Shown: piece by piece, positions 24,997-36,561 of the stretch
How the letters are laid out: each line of letters opens with the position of its first letter
Numbering within the stretch: position 1 is the first letter of the stretch
Source of the DNA: Scenedesmus sp. PABB004
Taxonomy: Eukaryota
Assembly (NCBI GenBank): GCA_014905635.1
Contig: JABVCE010000035.1
Coordinates: forward strand, 124,001-188,000
Length of the DNA: 64,000 nucleotides
Direction of reading: 5' to 3'
The notes under the pieces: model-generated
The model's database searches: none
The model's input: only the letters and a program-made list of their open reading frames with translations
What the model was told of the DNA's origin: nothing
Position numbers and translations under genes: made by a program

Positions 24997-25771
24997 GGCG
25001 TGCCCGACGCGCCCAGGCCGTGAGCGCGCCGATCGGGAGCGAGTGGCGGTCGCGCGGCGGGTCGGCCGCGTGCTGCCTCGGTCGGCGCGTGGGGCGCGCG
25101 TTGACCGCGCGTTCGCCGGGCGCGAAGTGCGAGGGTCGGCGCGGAGTGTGTGGGGGTGGCGGCGGCGGCGCCACACTCGTGAACTGGCAACAAGTAGCGA
25201 GGGATGGTATTGTAGGTGTTTCCTCACCTTCGCGGCGCACCGTCTGAACGCGCTCCCCGAGCACGCGTGCGCCGCGCTTTCGCGGCGACCCCGTCCTGGC
25301 CGCGCGCGCGCGCAGCGCGCGGGCCCTCTGTTGCCAGCACGCGGCGCGGCGGCGGCGCCGGCAGCGGTGGCCAGGCGGCGGAGCGTGCAGGTGCGGGCCG
25401 CGCTGAGGGTCGGCGGACGGACGCGGGGCCCCGCGCCCGCGCCGACCGGGCGGCAGAGAGGCTGGCGCCGTGCAGCTCGCGGGCGGGGACGGCGGCGCAC
25501 AGGGAGAGACCGAACTTACTCAGGCCGCGGACCCAGCCAGCGCCGACCGCTCGCGCACCGAGCGCGGCGGCGCCCCCAAAACCTGGGCCCCGGCAGCGGG
25601 CGCGCGGGCCGCCGCTGCTGCAGCTGCGCGCGCAGCAAAACGCGGCGCCGCCCGCCGCCGCGGGCGGGCGGCCGCCGCAGACGGGGCGCCGCCGCCGGCG
25701 CCCAAAACTCAACGCCGCGCCGGCGGCGGCGGCCCGCGCCGCGCGGGCAGCGGGGCGCGCGCGGCGCGCGC

Positions 25772-27345
25772 TCACTCGGGCTGCCTGAACTCTGCGCCGT
25801 CGACGCCGAGGCCGTACAGCACGCCCATGTGCTTGCTCGCGCCCTCCACGCCGGAGAAGAACTTCTGGGCGAGCTTGATGAACGTGAGGCTCGTGAGCAG
25901 CGAGTCCGAGCCGGCCTGGTGCTGCGGGCCGATGCGCTGCACGTCGAGCAGCTCCGCGAGCTTGTTGAGCCCTGCGCCGCGCGGCGGCGCGGCGGGTCGG
26001 GGCGGCGGCGCGCGGGCTCTCGGGGCGCGGCCGCGCGGGCGCCGAGCGCGGCGGCGCGCGGCGCCCGCGCTTGCGACGCGGCGCGCGTCCGCCCGCGCGT
26101 CGCGCGCGCGGCTCTCTCTCTCTCTCTCTCTCTCTCTGTGCGCGGCCCTCTCCGCGCGCGCCGCGTCGCCGCACCGCCGTGCAGGTTGTCGCAGAACTTC
26201 ATGAGGTACTTGATGTCAAAGACATTTGGGAAGTAGAGGTTGAGCAGCTCAAAGAACTCGCTCTCCGCGGCGGGCAGCGGCTGGTGATGAGGCGCGGCGG
26301 CGGCGCGGCGGCGGGGCGGCGCGTGAGGCGCGCAGGCGCGCGCGGGCGGGCGCGCCTGCTCCCTCCCGCCCGCCCGCTCGCCCGCCCTCGGCCTCCTGCC
26401 CGCCCCCCTGCCCTTGGCCTCCCGCCCTCGGCCTCCCTGCCCGCCCGCCCTCGGCCTCCCGCCCGCCCGCGCGCCCGCCCGCGCGCGCGCACCTGCGCGG
26501 TGAGGACCTTGAGCAGGTAGCCAAAGTCGTAGCCGCTGTGAAAGGTGATCCAGCGGATCTCCTCGTTCAGCACGATGCCGCTGCTCATCAGCAGCTCGCC
26601 GAAGCGCGACACGTCGATGCCGCGCGCCTCGTTCTGCGCCGCGCGCGCGTGCAGCCGCGGCGGCGGCGGCGGCGGCTGGGCTCGGCCGCGCTCGGCGCCG
26701 CGGCGGGCCCCCGCCGCGCCGCAGCGGCCGCTCGCTCCCGCCGCTGTCCCCGCAGCGCCCGCCGCCGCCGCCGCTGGTCCCCGCGCGCGCGCGCGCGCGC
26801 CTGCGCAAAGTCGATGCCGCTCTGCTTGAGCAGCTCGATGCTGTCCTGCGCGTAGACGTCCTCCGAGAGCCGGAAGCCCCGGAAGTTGAACTGCCACACC
26901 GTGTGCTCGCCGCCGCACACCGGCAGGTTGCCCTCCGCGTCCGTGAAGGTGAGGCCGAGCTGGATGAGCTTCAGCATGTCCACGTTGATCTTCAGTGCCT
27001 GCGCGGCCGCGGCGGGCGTGAGGGGCCCCGCGCGGCGCGTGCCGGCCGCTGCTCCCGCGCGCCGCCGCCCCGCGCGCCGCCGCTCCCGCCGCTGCTGCTG
27101 CTGCGCGCCGCGGCCGCTGGCGGGCCCGGCGGCCGCGCCTTGTAGTGGTACTCCCTGCTCGACTTGAAGTTTCCCACGGGGCGCGCCACGACGCCGGGGA
27201 ACTCGGTGTCCATGGCGACGTAGGGATACTCCTCGACGATGTTGCGGATGACCGCAATCTCCTCGCCCAGGTTGTCGTTCCACACCTCCCGCACGCGCAG
27301 CGTCTCGCCATTCTCGGTGGTGCCGGTCAGACCCTCCACGCCCAT
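25772..27345 (-). CDS. CAF1: CCR4-associated factor 1 (POP2/CNOT7-8) DEDD deadenylase, 5 exons
   Basis: [66 protein letters not shown]. Confidence 0.97.
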
Positions 27346-28040
27346 GGCTGGAGGCGGGGCCGCGGGCTCAGCTCGCCGGGAGGGGCTGGTGCTGCTTGCT
27401 GCCGTCTGCTGCCGGGCGCATGGGGCCGCGCCGGCCGGTCAGCAGGGCGGCGGAGGGGGGTGTCGCCCCTCTTCCAGCGCCGGGGGGCACGCCGGCGCGG
27501 CTGCTCGGCCGCTGGGCGAGCGGGGGGAGGGCCGGGATGCGGGGACCCGCCGCGTTTGTGGGGCCTGGTGCGCGCGTGAGACGCCTGACACGCGCGGGCG
27601 GTCGCTCGTGTCTGCGTCGCGCGGCGGGCGCGCCGGCGCGGGGCGCGCGACAGCAGACGCCGGGGCTCGAGCAGCTGAGCCCCGCCGGGAGCAGCGCTCG
27701 TCCCGCCTGGTGCCGTCTCGGCCGGCGTCCCGCGCGCCGCTCGGCGGCCGAGGGAGCGGGCGGCCGCGCACGCGCAAGGCCGGGCGCCGCTGCCGCCGCG
27801 CGGCGCGGGCGCGGGTGCGGCGCGCCAAGGGGTGTGCGCGGCGCGTGCGCGTTGGTGGTGGGTTACCCGGGGCCCAAACGGGGGTGCGACGACGAACAAA
27901 GCCTGGCGGCCCTCGGGGGCCGTCGTCCTGCGCGCCTCGCCGGCGCGTCTTGCAAGCGTGCTGGTGGCAAACACTCGACGACACGCCCGACCCGACCTGA
28001 CCTGACGAGAACACAAACGCCCCGCGCCGCCGCCCCGCCG

Positions 28041-28194
28041 ACCGACCGACCGCCCGCCCGCTCCTGCGAGAGTTGACGCTCCCGCGCTGATCAAACCCCC
28101 GCCGCTGGTCAACTCTGCCATGGCCTGCACACCACCAGCCCGCACACCACCCCCGCACAGCTCTACACAAGCCGAGCCAAGGCGGTCGGTCGGT
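28041..28194. mobile_element. ~154-bp MITE-like element with 14-bp perfect terminal inverted repeats (copy A)
   Basis: ACCGACCGACCGCC (28041-28054) and GGCGGTCGGTCGGT (28181-28194). Internal inverted repeat GAGTTGAC...GTCAACTC. A second, inverted copy lies at ~33151-33299. No TSD is visible. Confidence 0.5.
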
Positions 28195-29522
28195 GGGCCA
28201 GCGAGCGGGGCGGCGAGCCCGCGACACCCAAGAAGAACCAGCGCCCATCCCCGCGACCTCCCTCCCTCGTGCCCCCCCTGCGGCCGTGCCGCGCACACAC
28301 ACACACACGCTCGCAGGGTACAGGCTCTCCTCTGAGTGAGTCGAATCTCACGCGCGCGTGGTGTAGTCGGCGCGCCGCAGGCGGGCGCTGCGGGGCACAG
28401 GCAAGGGCAGTCGAACCGCGGTGCAAAGAGAACGAACGTGCGGCCCGCGCCGCAGCAATGGCGGGGGGCCGTTTGTTGTGGTTTGTGGGTTGTCGTCGTC
28501 GTGTGTGCGTGAGAGGCGGGGCCACGGCGACGCGTGGGGTGTGGCCGTCGCCGCCGGCCGCCCGAAGGGATGTGTGTGGGGGAGGGTTTTGGCTAGAGAC
28601 CGCGCATCAAAACCAACCACCCCAGCCGCCGCTGCCCGCCGCCAATAGGCGGGCCCGCGGCGCCTTGCCCGTCGATCCCCCGCCACCCCCACCCCCCTGA
28701 AGACAGCATAGGATGTCGCCCGCCCGCGCGAGCGCGGCGCCCAAAAACGCGGGCGGCCCGGCTTTGCGGGCCCCCGCTCGGCGCCGCGCGGCTGCGCGCA
28801 CGTGCGGCGGCGCGCGCGCCCCGGGCGGCCGCGCCCCGGGGTAGACACACACACACGGTGCAAGGCAAAACGCAGGCGGCTCGTTGATTGCGGAAGGGTT
28901 GGTTGGTTGGCACGCGCGCCCCCGCCCCGCCGCACGGTGTGCATCACATGGGGCGGCAGGGCGGAAAACAGGGGCGCGCGTGCGTGCTGCCGGCGCTGCT
29001 GCCGGCGCAAAAGCTGGCGGGCAGCCAGCCGCAGCAGCAGCGCGGTCGAGGCCTCCCCACCCACCCACCCACCGGGGCGCTGGCGCCCCGCCCAAAAGTG
29101 ATGCGAGAGGCAGGCCGGCCCGCGCGGCCGCCGGCCGCGCGGCGGGGCGCGCGCGGGCGTTGCCGCGCCGCCCCAGCGCCCGCGCGGCAGGCGGCTGCCC
29201 AGGCGAGCACACAACGAGCCGGGGCCAGAAAAGAGAGAGGGGCCGGCGCCGTCCAAACTGAGAGAGCCCGGCGCAGCGCGCCAGGGCTGAAGGGGATCAA
29301 AAATTTGAGCGCCGCCCAGCAGGGCGCCACGCGCCGGGGGCGCGGCGGGCAATGGCCCGCCCCCCGTGCGCGCCCGCGCCGGTAGGCACCGGCGCGGCCC
29401 GCGGGCGCGCCCTGCTGGCGCGCTGCAGCGACGCGGCGCGCGCGCGCCCGCTGCCGCCGGCTGGGGGCGGCGGGGCGGGCGCGCGCGCGCCCGCCGCCAG
29501 TGGCGCGCAGGCGCTCAAAAGC

Positions 29523-32345
29523 TCAGAAGCGCGTGCGCGAGCCGCAGCCCGCCGCGACGGCCACCATGACCGAGTGCTGCTGCTTGCGCTGCTGCGGGCT
29601 GTACCGGCCCGCGGCGCCGGCGAGGCCCGCGCAGGGGGGCCGCGCGCCGCCGGCGCCCGCCGTGCCGGGCAGCACCCTGCTGCCGTCGTCGAGGCTGCGC
29701 CGCGCGCGCACGACGACGGGCGTGCCGAGCAGCTGCAGCAGCCCCGCCGCCGCGCGGCGCACGTCGGCGTCGGGCACGCTGCGCAGCAGCGCCACGACGA
29801 CGGGCACCGCGCAGTGCAGCTTCAGCAGCGGCACCGCGCGCGGCACCGTCGCCGCGAGGCGGCGCAGCATGTGCACCGCGGCGAGCCGCACGTCAACGCC
29901 CTTGCCCGCGTCCTGCAGCACGCGCAGCAGCACCGCGACCGCGGGCTCCTGCGAGAGCCGCTCCGCGCCGGGCCGCACGTCGACGAGGCCCGTGAGGATG
30001 CAGGCCGCCTGCAGGCTGCGCTCGCCGTCGCCCTCCGCCATCTGCGCCAGCAGCGGCGGCAGGCAGCCGCTCGCGCACACGGCCGCGTGCAGGGCGGGGT
30101 GCTGCTCCGTCAGCACGACGAGCAGCTCCAGCGCCGCGCCGAGCACCAGGTGCCCTTGGCGCCGGTGGTTGGGGATGAGCAGCGGCATGAGCGCAAACAG
30201 CACCGTGTGCCACCCCGCCGTCGCGGCGCGCGCCGCGCCGGCGCGCGCCGCGCCGATGCTGCCCGCGCCCGGCGGCGGCGCGGGCGTCTCCGGCTGCACG
30301 CTCGCGGCCGCCTTGCTGAGCAGCTTGAGCGCCGACAGCAGCACCGGCACGTCGGCCGCGGGGTGCAGGCACGCCGCGAGCGCGGGCACGACGCGCGGCT
30401 CGAGCAGCACGTTGGCGCCGCTGCAGCTGCTGCTCGCGCTGTCGGTGCTGCTGAACGCGCCGCTGCTGATCGAGTCGAACACACTGCCGCCGCCGCAGCC
30501 GGCGGCGCCGCCGCCGCAGCCGCCGCCGCCGTCGACGCTCCAGCAGAGCTGCGCGACCGCGCCGTGCGCCGCCTTGACGACGGGCGTGTTGGTGCGCCCG
30601 CGCAGCAGGCGCAGCAGCACGCCCGCGTCGGCGGCCTCCCAGAGCTGCGCCTTGACGGCGTCGTGCTTCGCGAGCGCCGGCAGTGCGGCGAGCGCGGACG
30701 CCGCGACCTCGGGCGCCGGCGCGGCGCCGGGCTGCAGCTTGGCGAGCAGCAGCTCGACCGCGCCGAGGTCGATCAGCGCGACGCGGTTGGAGTCGTCCAT
30801 GGCGAGGTACTTCACCGTGTCGATGCAGTCGACCACCTTTTGCTGCGCCGCCGCGGCGGCGCGCGCGCGCGCCGCCGCGAGCGCCGCCGCGCGCTCCGCG
30901 TCGCCGTCGAGCGCCGCCGGCGCGTCCTCGTGCAGCGTCGGCGGGACGAGCCCGCCGAGCGCCGCCGCGGCGTCGTCGAGCGCGGCGCCGTCGGCGCTGC
31001 CCGCGCGCGAGCGGCGGCCGCCGCCGCCCGCGCCGCGCGGCGCGGCGCCGGCCGCAAAGCCGGCGCCCGTGCTGGTGCTGCTGCAGGTGCTCGCCGCGCT
31101 CTCGGTGAACGATGAGCGCCGCGACGTCGCGCCGTTGTGGCGGATGATGCTCAGCAGCGGCGCGAGCACACCCGCGTCGCACGTGGCGGGCGAGTAGTCG
31201 CGCAGGCCGTGCGCGCCGGGCATGCTGTTGATTGCCTCCGCGAGCACCAGCTTGGCCTTGCTGATGCTGCCGCGCGGCGCGGCGCGGCCCGCGGTCGGGC
31301 TGGCCGCGAGGCCGAGCGCCGCGACGCTCGCGAGCAGCGGGCCGCCGCCGCCGCGGCGCGCCCAGGGGTGCGCGCACGAGTCCTGGCTCGACCGGCGCAG
31401 GTCGCTGCTCGTGCGGTTGCGGGCCGGGTAGCGCCGGTTCGCGCCGAGCAGCTGCTGCTGCCGGCTGGCAAACGAGGCGCTGCTGCACGCGCCCGGCGCG
31501 GCGGCGAGCTCGCACGCGCCGGGGCGCCGCGCCGCCGCCGCGGCGTGGCGCGAGGGCGCGTCAAACACCAGGGCGTGCAGGTGCAGGCCCATGCTGTTGT
31601 CCGCGCCGCCGGGGGTGCTGCACGCGGAGCGCGGCGACACGCTCGGGCTGGCGGGGCCGCCGGCGCCGCCGGCCGGCCACGCCGCCTGCTGCTTGCTGCT
31701 GCTCCGCCGCTGCTGCCGCGGGTCGGCAAGCTGCTTCAGCGCCGCCGCCGCGCCGTCCGGCGCGATCTGGGACCAGCGCGCGTGCGCGTGCCCCGTGGCG
31801 CGCGGGCTGCTGGACCGCGAGTCGGCGTCGTCGCCGCTGCTGCCCGACGACCGCCGCCCGGCGGCCGCGAGCGAGTTCAGCGCCACGCCCTTGGGCAGCG
31901 CCAGGACGGGCAGCTCCTGCTCCTGCCTGCTGTCAGCGCCATCCAGGCGCGCCAGCGCGGGCCTGCGGGGGCGGGCGGCGGCGCGGCGGCGGCAGGTGAG
32001 ATGTGATGTGTCTGTGGCAGCAGGCGCGGACGCGTGCGGCGCAGGCGGCTGCGCCCCGGCCGGCCGGGCGCCTGGCGCAGCGCCGAGCGACCGGCCTGAG
32101 CAGCGCCCGCGGCGGGCCGCGAGCGCCCCCGCGGCGCAGCTGCTCCGGGGCCCGCGCCGTGCGCTGGGGGCCGGCCCAAACTCCGGGGCCGCCAAATTGG
32201 GGCCCCCGGACCGCGCCGCGCCGCCACGACCGCCGCCGGGGGGCGCCGGGGGCCCCCAGACGGGGGGGCGGCCCGAGAGCATCCCGCGGCCCGCGGCCCC
32301 CTGCGCCGCCCCCGCGCCGCCGCCGCACCTTGTGGGGCCACACAT
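29523..32345 (-). CDS. Armadillo-repeat protein with a disordered Ser-rich N-terminus, probably 2 exons
   Basis: Micro-exon ATGTGTGGCCCCACAAG (32345-32329), GTGCGG donor and CAG acceptor near 31963 splice in frame. ARM-like segments NRVALIDLGAVELLLAKL, VCASGCLPPLLAQM, AVPVVVALLR. Confidence 0.75.
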   Translation of the reverse strand: MCGPTRCGGGAGAAQGAAGRGMLSGRPPVWGPPAPPGGGRGGAARSGGPNLAAPEFGPAPSARRGPRSSCAAGALAARRGRCSGRSLGAAPGARPAGAQPPAPHASAPAATDTSHLTCRRRAAARPRRPALARLDGADSRQEQELPVLALPKGVALNSLAAAGRRSSGSSGDDADSRSSSPRATGHAHARWSQIAPDGAAAALKQLADPRQQRRSSSKQQAAWPAGGAGGPASPSVSPRSACSTPGGADNSMGLHLHALVFDAPSRHAAAAARRPGACELAAAPGACSSASFASRQQQLLGANRRYPARNRTSSDLRRSSQDSCAHPWARRGGGGPLLASVAALGLAASPTAGRAAPRGSISKAKLVLAEAINSMPGAHGLRDYSPATCDAGVLAPLLSIIRHNGATSRRSSFTESAASTCSSTSTGAGFAAGAAPRGAGGGGRRSRAGSADGAALDDAAAALGGLVPPTLHEDAPAALDGDAERAAALAAARARAAAAAQQKVVDCIDTVKYLAMDDSNRVALIDLGAVELLLAKLQPGAAPAPEVAASALAALPALAKHDAVKAQLWEAADAGVLLRLLRGRTNTPVVKAAHGAVAQLCWSVDGGGGCGGGAAGCGGGSVFDSISSGAFSSTDSASSSCSGANVLLEPRVVPALAACLHPAADVPVLLSALKLLSKAAASVQPETPAPPPGAGSIGAARAGAARAATAGWHTVLFALMPLLIPNHRRQGHLVLGAALELLVVLTEQHPALHAAVCASGCLPPLLAQMAEGDGERSLQAACILTGLVDVRPGAERLSQEPAVAVLLRVLQDAGKGVDVRLAAVHMLRRLAATVPRAVPLLKLHCAVPVVVALLRSVPDADVRRAAAGLLQLLGTPVVVRARRSLDDGSRVLPGTAGAGGARPPCAGLAGAAGRYSPQQRKQQHSVMVAVAAGCGSRTRF

Positions 32346-32385
32346 GGCGTCGGTGGGGTGCCTCTCACTGCGCAGGCGCGTGCTC

Positions 32386-34033
32386 GGCGCCCATCAAGAA
32401 TCGCTCGTGCGATGCTGCGCGGGCGTGTTGCTCTCGCGCTCGGCTCTCTAGGCTAGGCTCTCTACGTCGCGCTCGTTCGGTCTGGCCCAGCACCGGCGGC
32501 GCGCGCGGGGTGGCGGGCCCTGGCGGGCTGGCCTGGCGCGGCGCAACAAAGCCGCGCTAAGCTGGAGTAAGCCAGCTGCGCAAGTGGTGCGCGGGGCGGC
32601 GAGCGGCGGGGGAGCACTGAGGGGCGGCGAGGGGGCCGGCGCATGCGGTGCGCGGGCCAGCGCAGGTTGCAGTTTGAGCCGCGGGGCCGACGTCAGCCAC
32701 CCACCTGTCCCCGTCGCCCGCCGGCAGCGCCCCGCAACGGTCTGGGGGTGATCGCGTCGATTATTCAGCACGCCTGAGGGTCCCGCGGCCGCCGAGCTGG
32801 CCTCCTGGCGCGGGTCAACGCCGCGCTCTGACCATACTCCTCGCACGCGCCGCCAGCCCGCGCGCAGCAGGCCGGGCGGCAGCGCTGCACACCGGCCAGG
32901 TCGACGCGTGCTGGGCGGCACGGCGGCCGGCACTGCCGGCAGCAGCGCGGCCTGCTGCCCGCCCCGCGCCGCGGCCGTGGCGCGCGCACGCGCGGCGGGC
33001 GGTCCGACCGAGTTAGGGCCTGTGGGCGAAACCGCCCGGGCTTGTGGGACTGGCTGGATGTCTAGACAGATCTGGCTGGCCCCACGGCAGCGCCGCCACG
33101 CTGGGCGCACGGCGCGGGTCGGCAGCGCGTGTCGCCCCGCCGACCGCCCGACCGACCGACCGCTGCTGCGAGCTGTGCGGGGGGGGGGGGGGGGGGGGGG
33201 GGGGGGGCTGGTGGTGAACAGGCCATGGCAGAGTTGACCAGCGGCGGGGGTTTGATCAGCGCGGAGCGTCAACTCTCGCAGAAGCGGGCGGTCGGTCGGC
33301 CGGCGCGCCGTGCGCCCAGCGTGGCGGCGCTGCCGTGGGGCCAGCCAGATCTGTCTAGACATCCAGCCAGTCCCACAAGCCCGGGCGGTTTCGCCCACAG
33401 GCCCTAACTCGGTCGGACCGCCCGCCGCGCGTGCGCGCGCCACGGCCGCGGCGCGGGGCGGGCAGCAGGCCGCGCTGCTGCCGGCAGTGCCGGCCGCCGT
33501 GCCGCCCAGCACGCGTCGACCTGGCCGGTGTGCAGCGCTGCCGCCCGGCCTGCTGCGCGCGGGCTGGCGGCGCGTGCGAGGAGTATGGTCAGAGCGCGGC
33601 GTTGACCCGCGCCAGGAGGCCAGCTCGGCGGCCGCGGGACCCTCAGGCGTGCTGAATAATCGACGCGATCACCCCCAGACCGTTGCGGGGCGCTGCCGGC
33701 GGGCGACGGGGACAGGTGGGTGGCTGACGTCGGCCCCGCGGCTCAAACTGCAACCTGCGCTGGCCCGCGCACCGCATGCGCCGGCCCCCTCGCCGCCCCT
33801 CAGTGCTCCCCCGCCGCTCGCCGCCCCGCGCACCACTTGCGCAGCTGGCTTACTCCAGCTTAGCGCGGCTTTGTTGCGCCGCGCCAGGCCAGCCCGCCAG
33901 GGCCCGCCACCCCGCGCGCGCCGCCGGTGCTGGGCCAGACCGAACGAGCGCGACGTAGAGAGCCTAGCCTAGAGAGCCGAGCGCGAGAGCACACGCCCGC
34001 GCAGCATCGCACGAGCGATTCTTGATGGGCGCC
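32386..34033. repeat. Long inverted repeat: arms 32386-33116 (731 bp) and 33304-34033 (730 bp), 187-bp spacer
   Basis: The arms are reverse complements throughout. The only difference I noticed is a 1-nt indel (gtgttgctc vs gtgtgctc). The ORF track shows identical mirror ORFs on both strands. Confidence 0.97.
33151..33299. mobile_element. MITE-like element copy B, inverted relative to copy A, forming the loop of the long inverted repeat
   Basis: 33205-33299 is the near-exact reverse complement of ~28045-28141. gagctgtgcgggg matches ccccgcacagctc. Ends are (CCGA)n / (TCGG)n. A 29-nt G run replaces the C-rich middle of copy A. Confidence 0.55.
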
Positions 34034-34062
34034 CGGGCGGCAACGCGGCTGAAACCGCTTTG

Positions 34063-34067
34063 TTACA
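34063..34067 (-). terminator. TGTAA poly(A) signal of chorismate synthase
   Basis: ttaca on +, ~240 nt downstream of the aroC stop. Confidence 0.6.
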
Positions 34068-34309
34068 ACCGCGCCGCCGAGCTCGGCGGGCGGTGCCACC
34101 TGGCTCGCTGCGTCGCGCGCACTCCTGCTGAACGAATCGCCGCCAGCTGCGCTCGCCGCCCCGCTCGGCGCGCTGCCGCGCAGCGGGGCCCCGCCCCGGG
34201 GGCGGCGCTGCCGCGCGTTCAGCGACGCAGCCGCCGCCGCCGGCGGCTGTCGCCGCGCAGCAGCCCCCTCCCCTCCCCGCGCCGCGCCGCGCCGCGCCGC
34301 GCCGCGCGG

Positions 34310-36441
34310 CTAGTGCGCCGCCGCCGCGGCGCTGAACTGCTGCGACAGCGTCTTGTCGGGCGAGCTCGCGCCGTCGCGCGGCAGCAGCTCGCACTGGGCG
34401 TAGTGTGTGAGGAGCTGGTCGGCCAGCACGAGCGCGACCATCGACTCGACCATCGGCACCGCGCGCGGCACGACGCACGGGTCGTGCCGCCCCCGCGCGC
34501 GCAGCTCCGTCTCCTCGCCTGCGCGCATGCGCGCGCGCGCGGCGGCGCGGCGGCGCGTCGGCGCCGCGGCCGGCGCCTCAGCGCGCCCCCGGCGCCGCGG
34601 CGCCCGGCGCCGGCCGCGGCCGCGGCGGGGCGCTGCGGGCCGCGCACCTTCCCGCGTGACGGTCTGCTGCTTGACGCCGATCGTGCTGGTCGGCTTGAAC
34701 GCGACCTTGAGCACAATGTCCTCGCCGTTGCTGATGCCGCCCTGCGCGAGCGCGCGTATCGTGTGTAGCGTGTGATTAGGGTTAATAGAGCAATGGGCGC
34801 GCGCGGGGGTGTCGGCAGGAGGAGGGCGCGCCGCGCGCCGCCGGAGCGCGCGCCGCGCCCGCACGCGCCGCGCGCGCCTGGATGCCGCCGGAGCGGTTGG
34901 TGCGCGTGCGCACGGCGCCGTCCTGCATGAAGAAGGCGTCGTTGTGCTCGCTGCCCGTCATGTGCGCGCCGCTGAAGCCGCTGCCGATCTCAAAGCCCTG
35001 CAGCGGCGCGTGGGCGCGGCGCGTGGGCGCGGGCGGAGCCGCAGCGCGCGGGCGGGCGGGGCGACGCGGCGGCGCCCGCCGCGGCAGCAGCAGACGCGCG
35101 CCTTGGTGGCTGGCAAGCTCAGCATCGCCTTGGCGAGCTCCGCCTCGAGCTTGTCGAACACTGGCGCGCCCAGGCCCTTGGGGCAGCCCCGCACGACGCA
35201 CGTCACGACGCCGCCACAGCTCTCGCCGCGGTTGCGCACGTCGTTGATGACTGCGCGCGGCGGGCGGGGGCGGGCAGAGGTTGAAGCGCGGGCGTCTGGC
35301 GTGCCAGCTGCCGGTCGCTGCGCCCAGCGACACCGCTTGAGCGCTGCCGCCGCTGCTGCTCCAGCTGCTGCCGCTGCTGCTGCTCCAGCTGCCCCCACCA
35401 CAGCTGCTGCTCCAGCTGCCCCGGCCTCAGCTGCTGCTCCAGCTGCCCCCGCCTCAGCTGCCGCCGCCGCTGCGACCGCCGCCGCCGCCGCGGCGCGTCC
35501 GCGCGCGCCCGCGCGCACCGTCGATCATTTTCTGCGCCGCCGCCTGGTCGGGGCAGCGCACGATGTTCGACTCCACGTCCTCCAGTGTGAACGACGCCAG
35601 GTCCACGTTGCTCTCCACGTCCAGCACGCCGCTCACAAACGCGAGGATCTGCGGCCGGCGGCGGCGGCAGCAGCAGTGGCGGGCGTCGGCGGTGCGGCGC
35701 CGGCCATGCGGCCCCCGCCCGGCGGTGGGGCACGCGCCCGTCGATCCGCGGGGCGCCGCCGCCGCCCTGGGCGGCGCGGCGGCGGCCCCGCGCCGGCGGG
35801 GCCGCGCCCGCCGCGCGCGGCGGCGGCGGCAGCAGCGGCGGCCAGCCGCGTGCCGCGCCCGCGCCCGCCCGCCCGGCGCGCGCGCGGCGCCGCCGCCGCG
35901 CCTCGGTGCCGCTGACGGTCTTGAGCAGCTTCTTGGCCACCGCGCCGGCGGCGACGCGGCCGATGGTCTCGCGGGCGGAGGAGCGGCCACCGCCGGCCAC
36001 GGCCCGGATGCCATACTTGAAGTCGTAGGTCGCGTCCGCGTGGCTGGGACGGTAGGCCACGCTCATCTCGCTGTAGTCGCCGCTGCGCTGGTCCTTGTTG
36101 CGCACCAGCACGGCAATGGGCGTGCCCAGCGTGATGCCGTCGCCCACGCCGGACAGGATTTCGGCCGTGTCCTCCTCCTTGCGCGGCGTGGTGATGATGC
36201 TCTGCCCCGGCCGCCGGCGGTCGAGCTCGAACTGGATCTCCTCCAGGCTGAGCGGCAGGCGCGGCGGGACGCCATCAATCACGCAGCCCACGCCCCGCCC
36301 GTGGCTCTCGCCGAACGTGGTGACCCGAAAGTTGGTCCCGTAGCTGCTGCCGCTCGCGGACACGCGCAGCTGCGCCCGGGAGCGCCGCGGCGCGCCCTGG
36401 CGGGCCGCCAGCCGGCTGCTGCTCTGCTGCAGGGCCGCCAT
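34310..36441 (-). CDS. aroC: Chorismate synthase, plastid-targeted, 6 exons
   Basis: Transit peptide, then [93 protein letters not shown]. Confidence 0.98.
35341..35475. repeat. Intronic minisatellite (gctgctgctccagctgcccc-like units) in aroC intron 2
   Basis: About 4-5 degenerate units. Confidence 0.75.
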
Positions 36442-36561
36442 CTGGGGGCGCCCGGGCGTCGGGGAGCGGGGCCGGACGGCGTCTGGGGCGCTGTCGCGCT
36501 GCTGCCGCAACCCCATGCGGCGGCGGCGGGCCGTTACGCTCGACAGGTCTCGGCCGCGCGC

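Noticed and set aside
29296..29310. Sm-site-like AAATTTTTGA on the minus strand
   Set aside because: The flanks show no U1/U2/U4/U5 signature sequences, and it lies in the probable 3'UTR of the ARM gene.
32448..33972. Mirror-image ORFs (354 aa, 220 aa and others) in the inverted repeat, considered as a transposase or duplicated gene
   Set aside because: No DDE, HUH or RT motifs. The identity of the ORFs simply reflects the palindrome.
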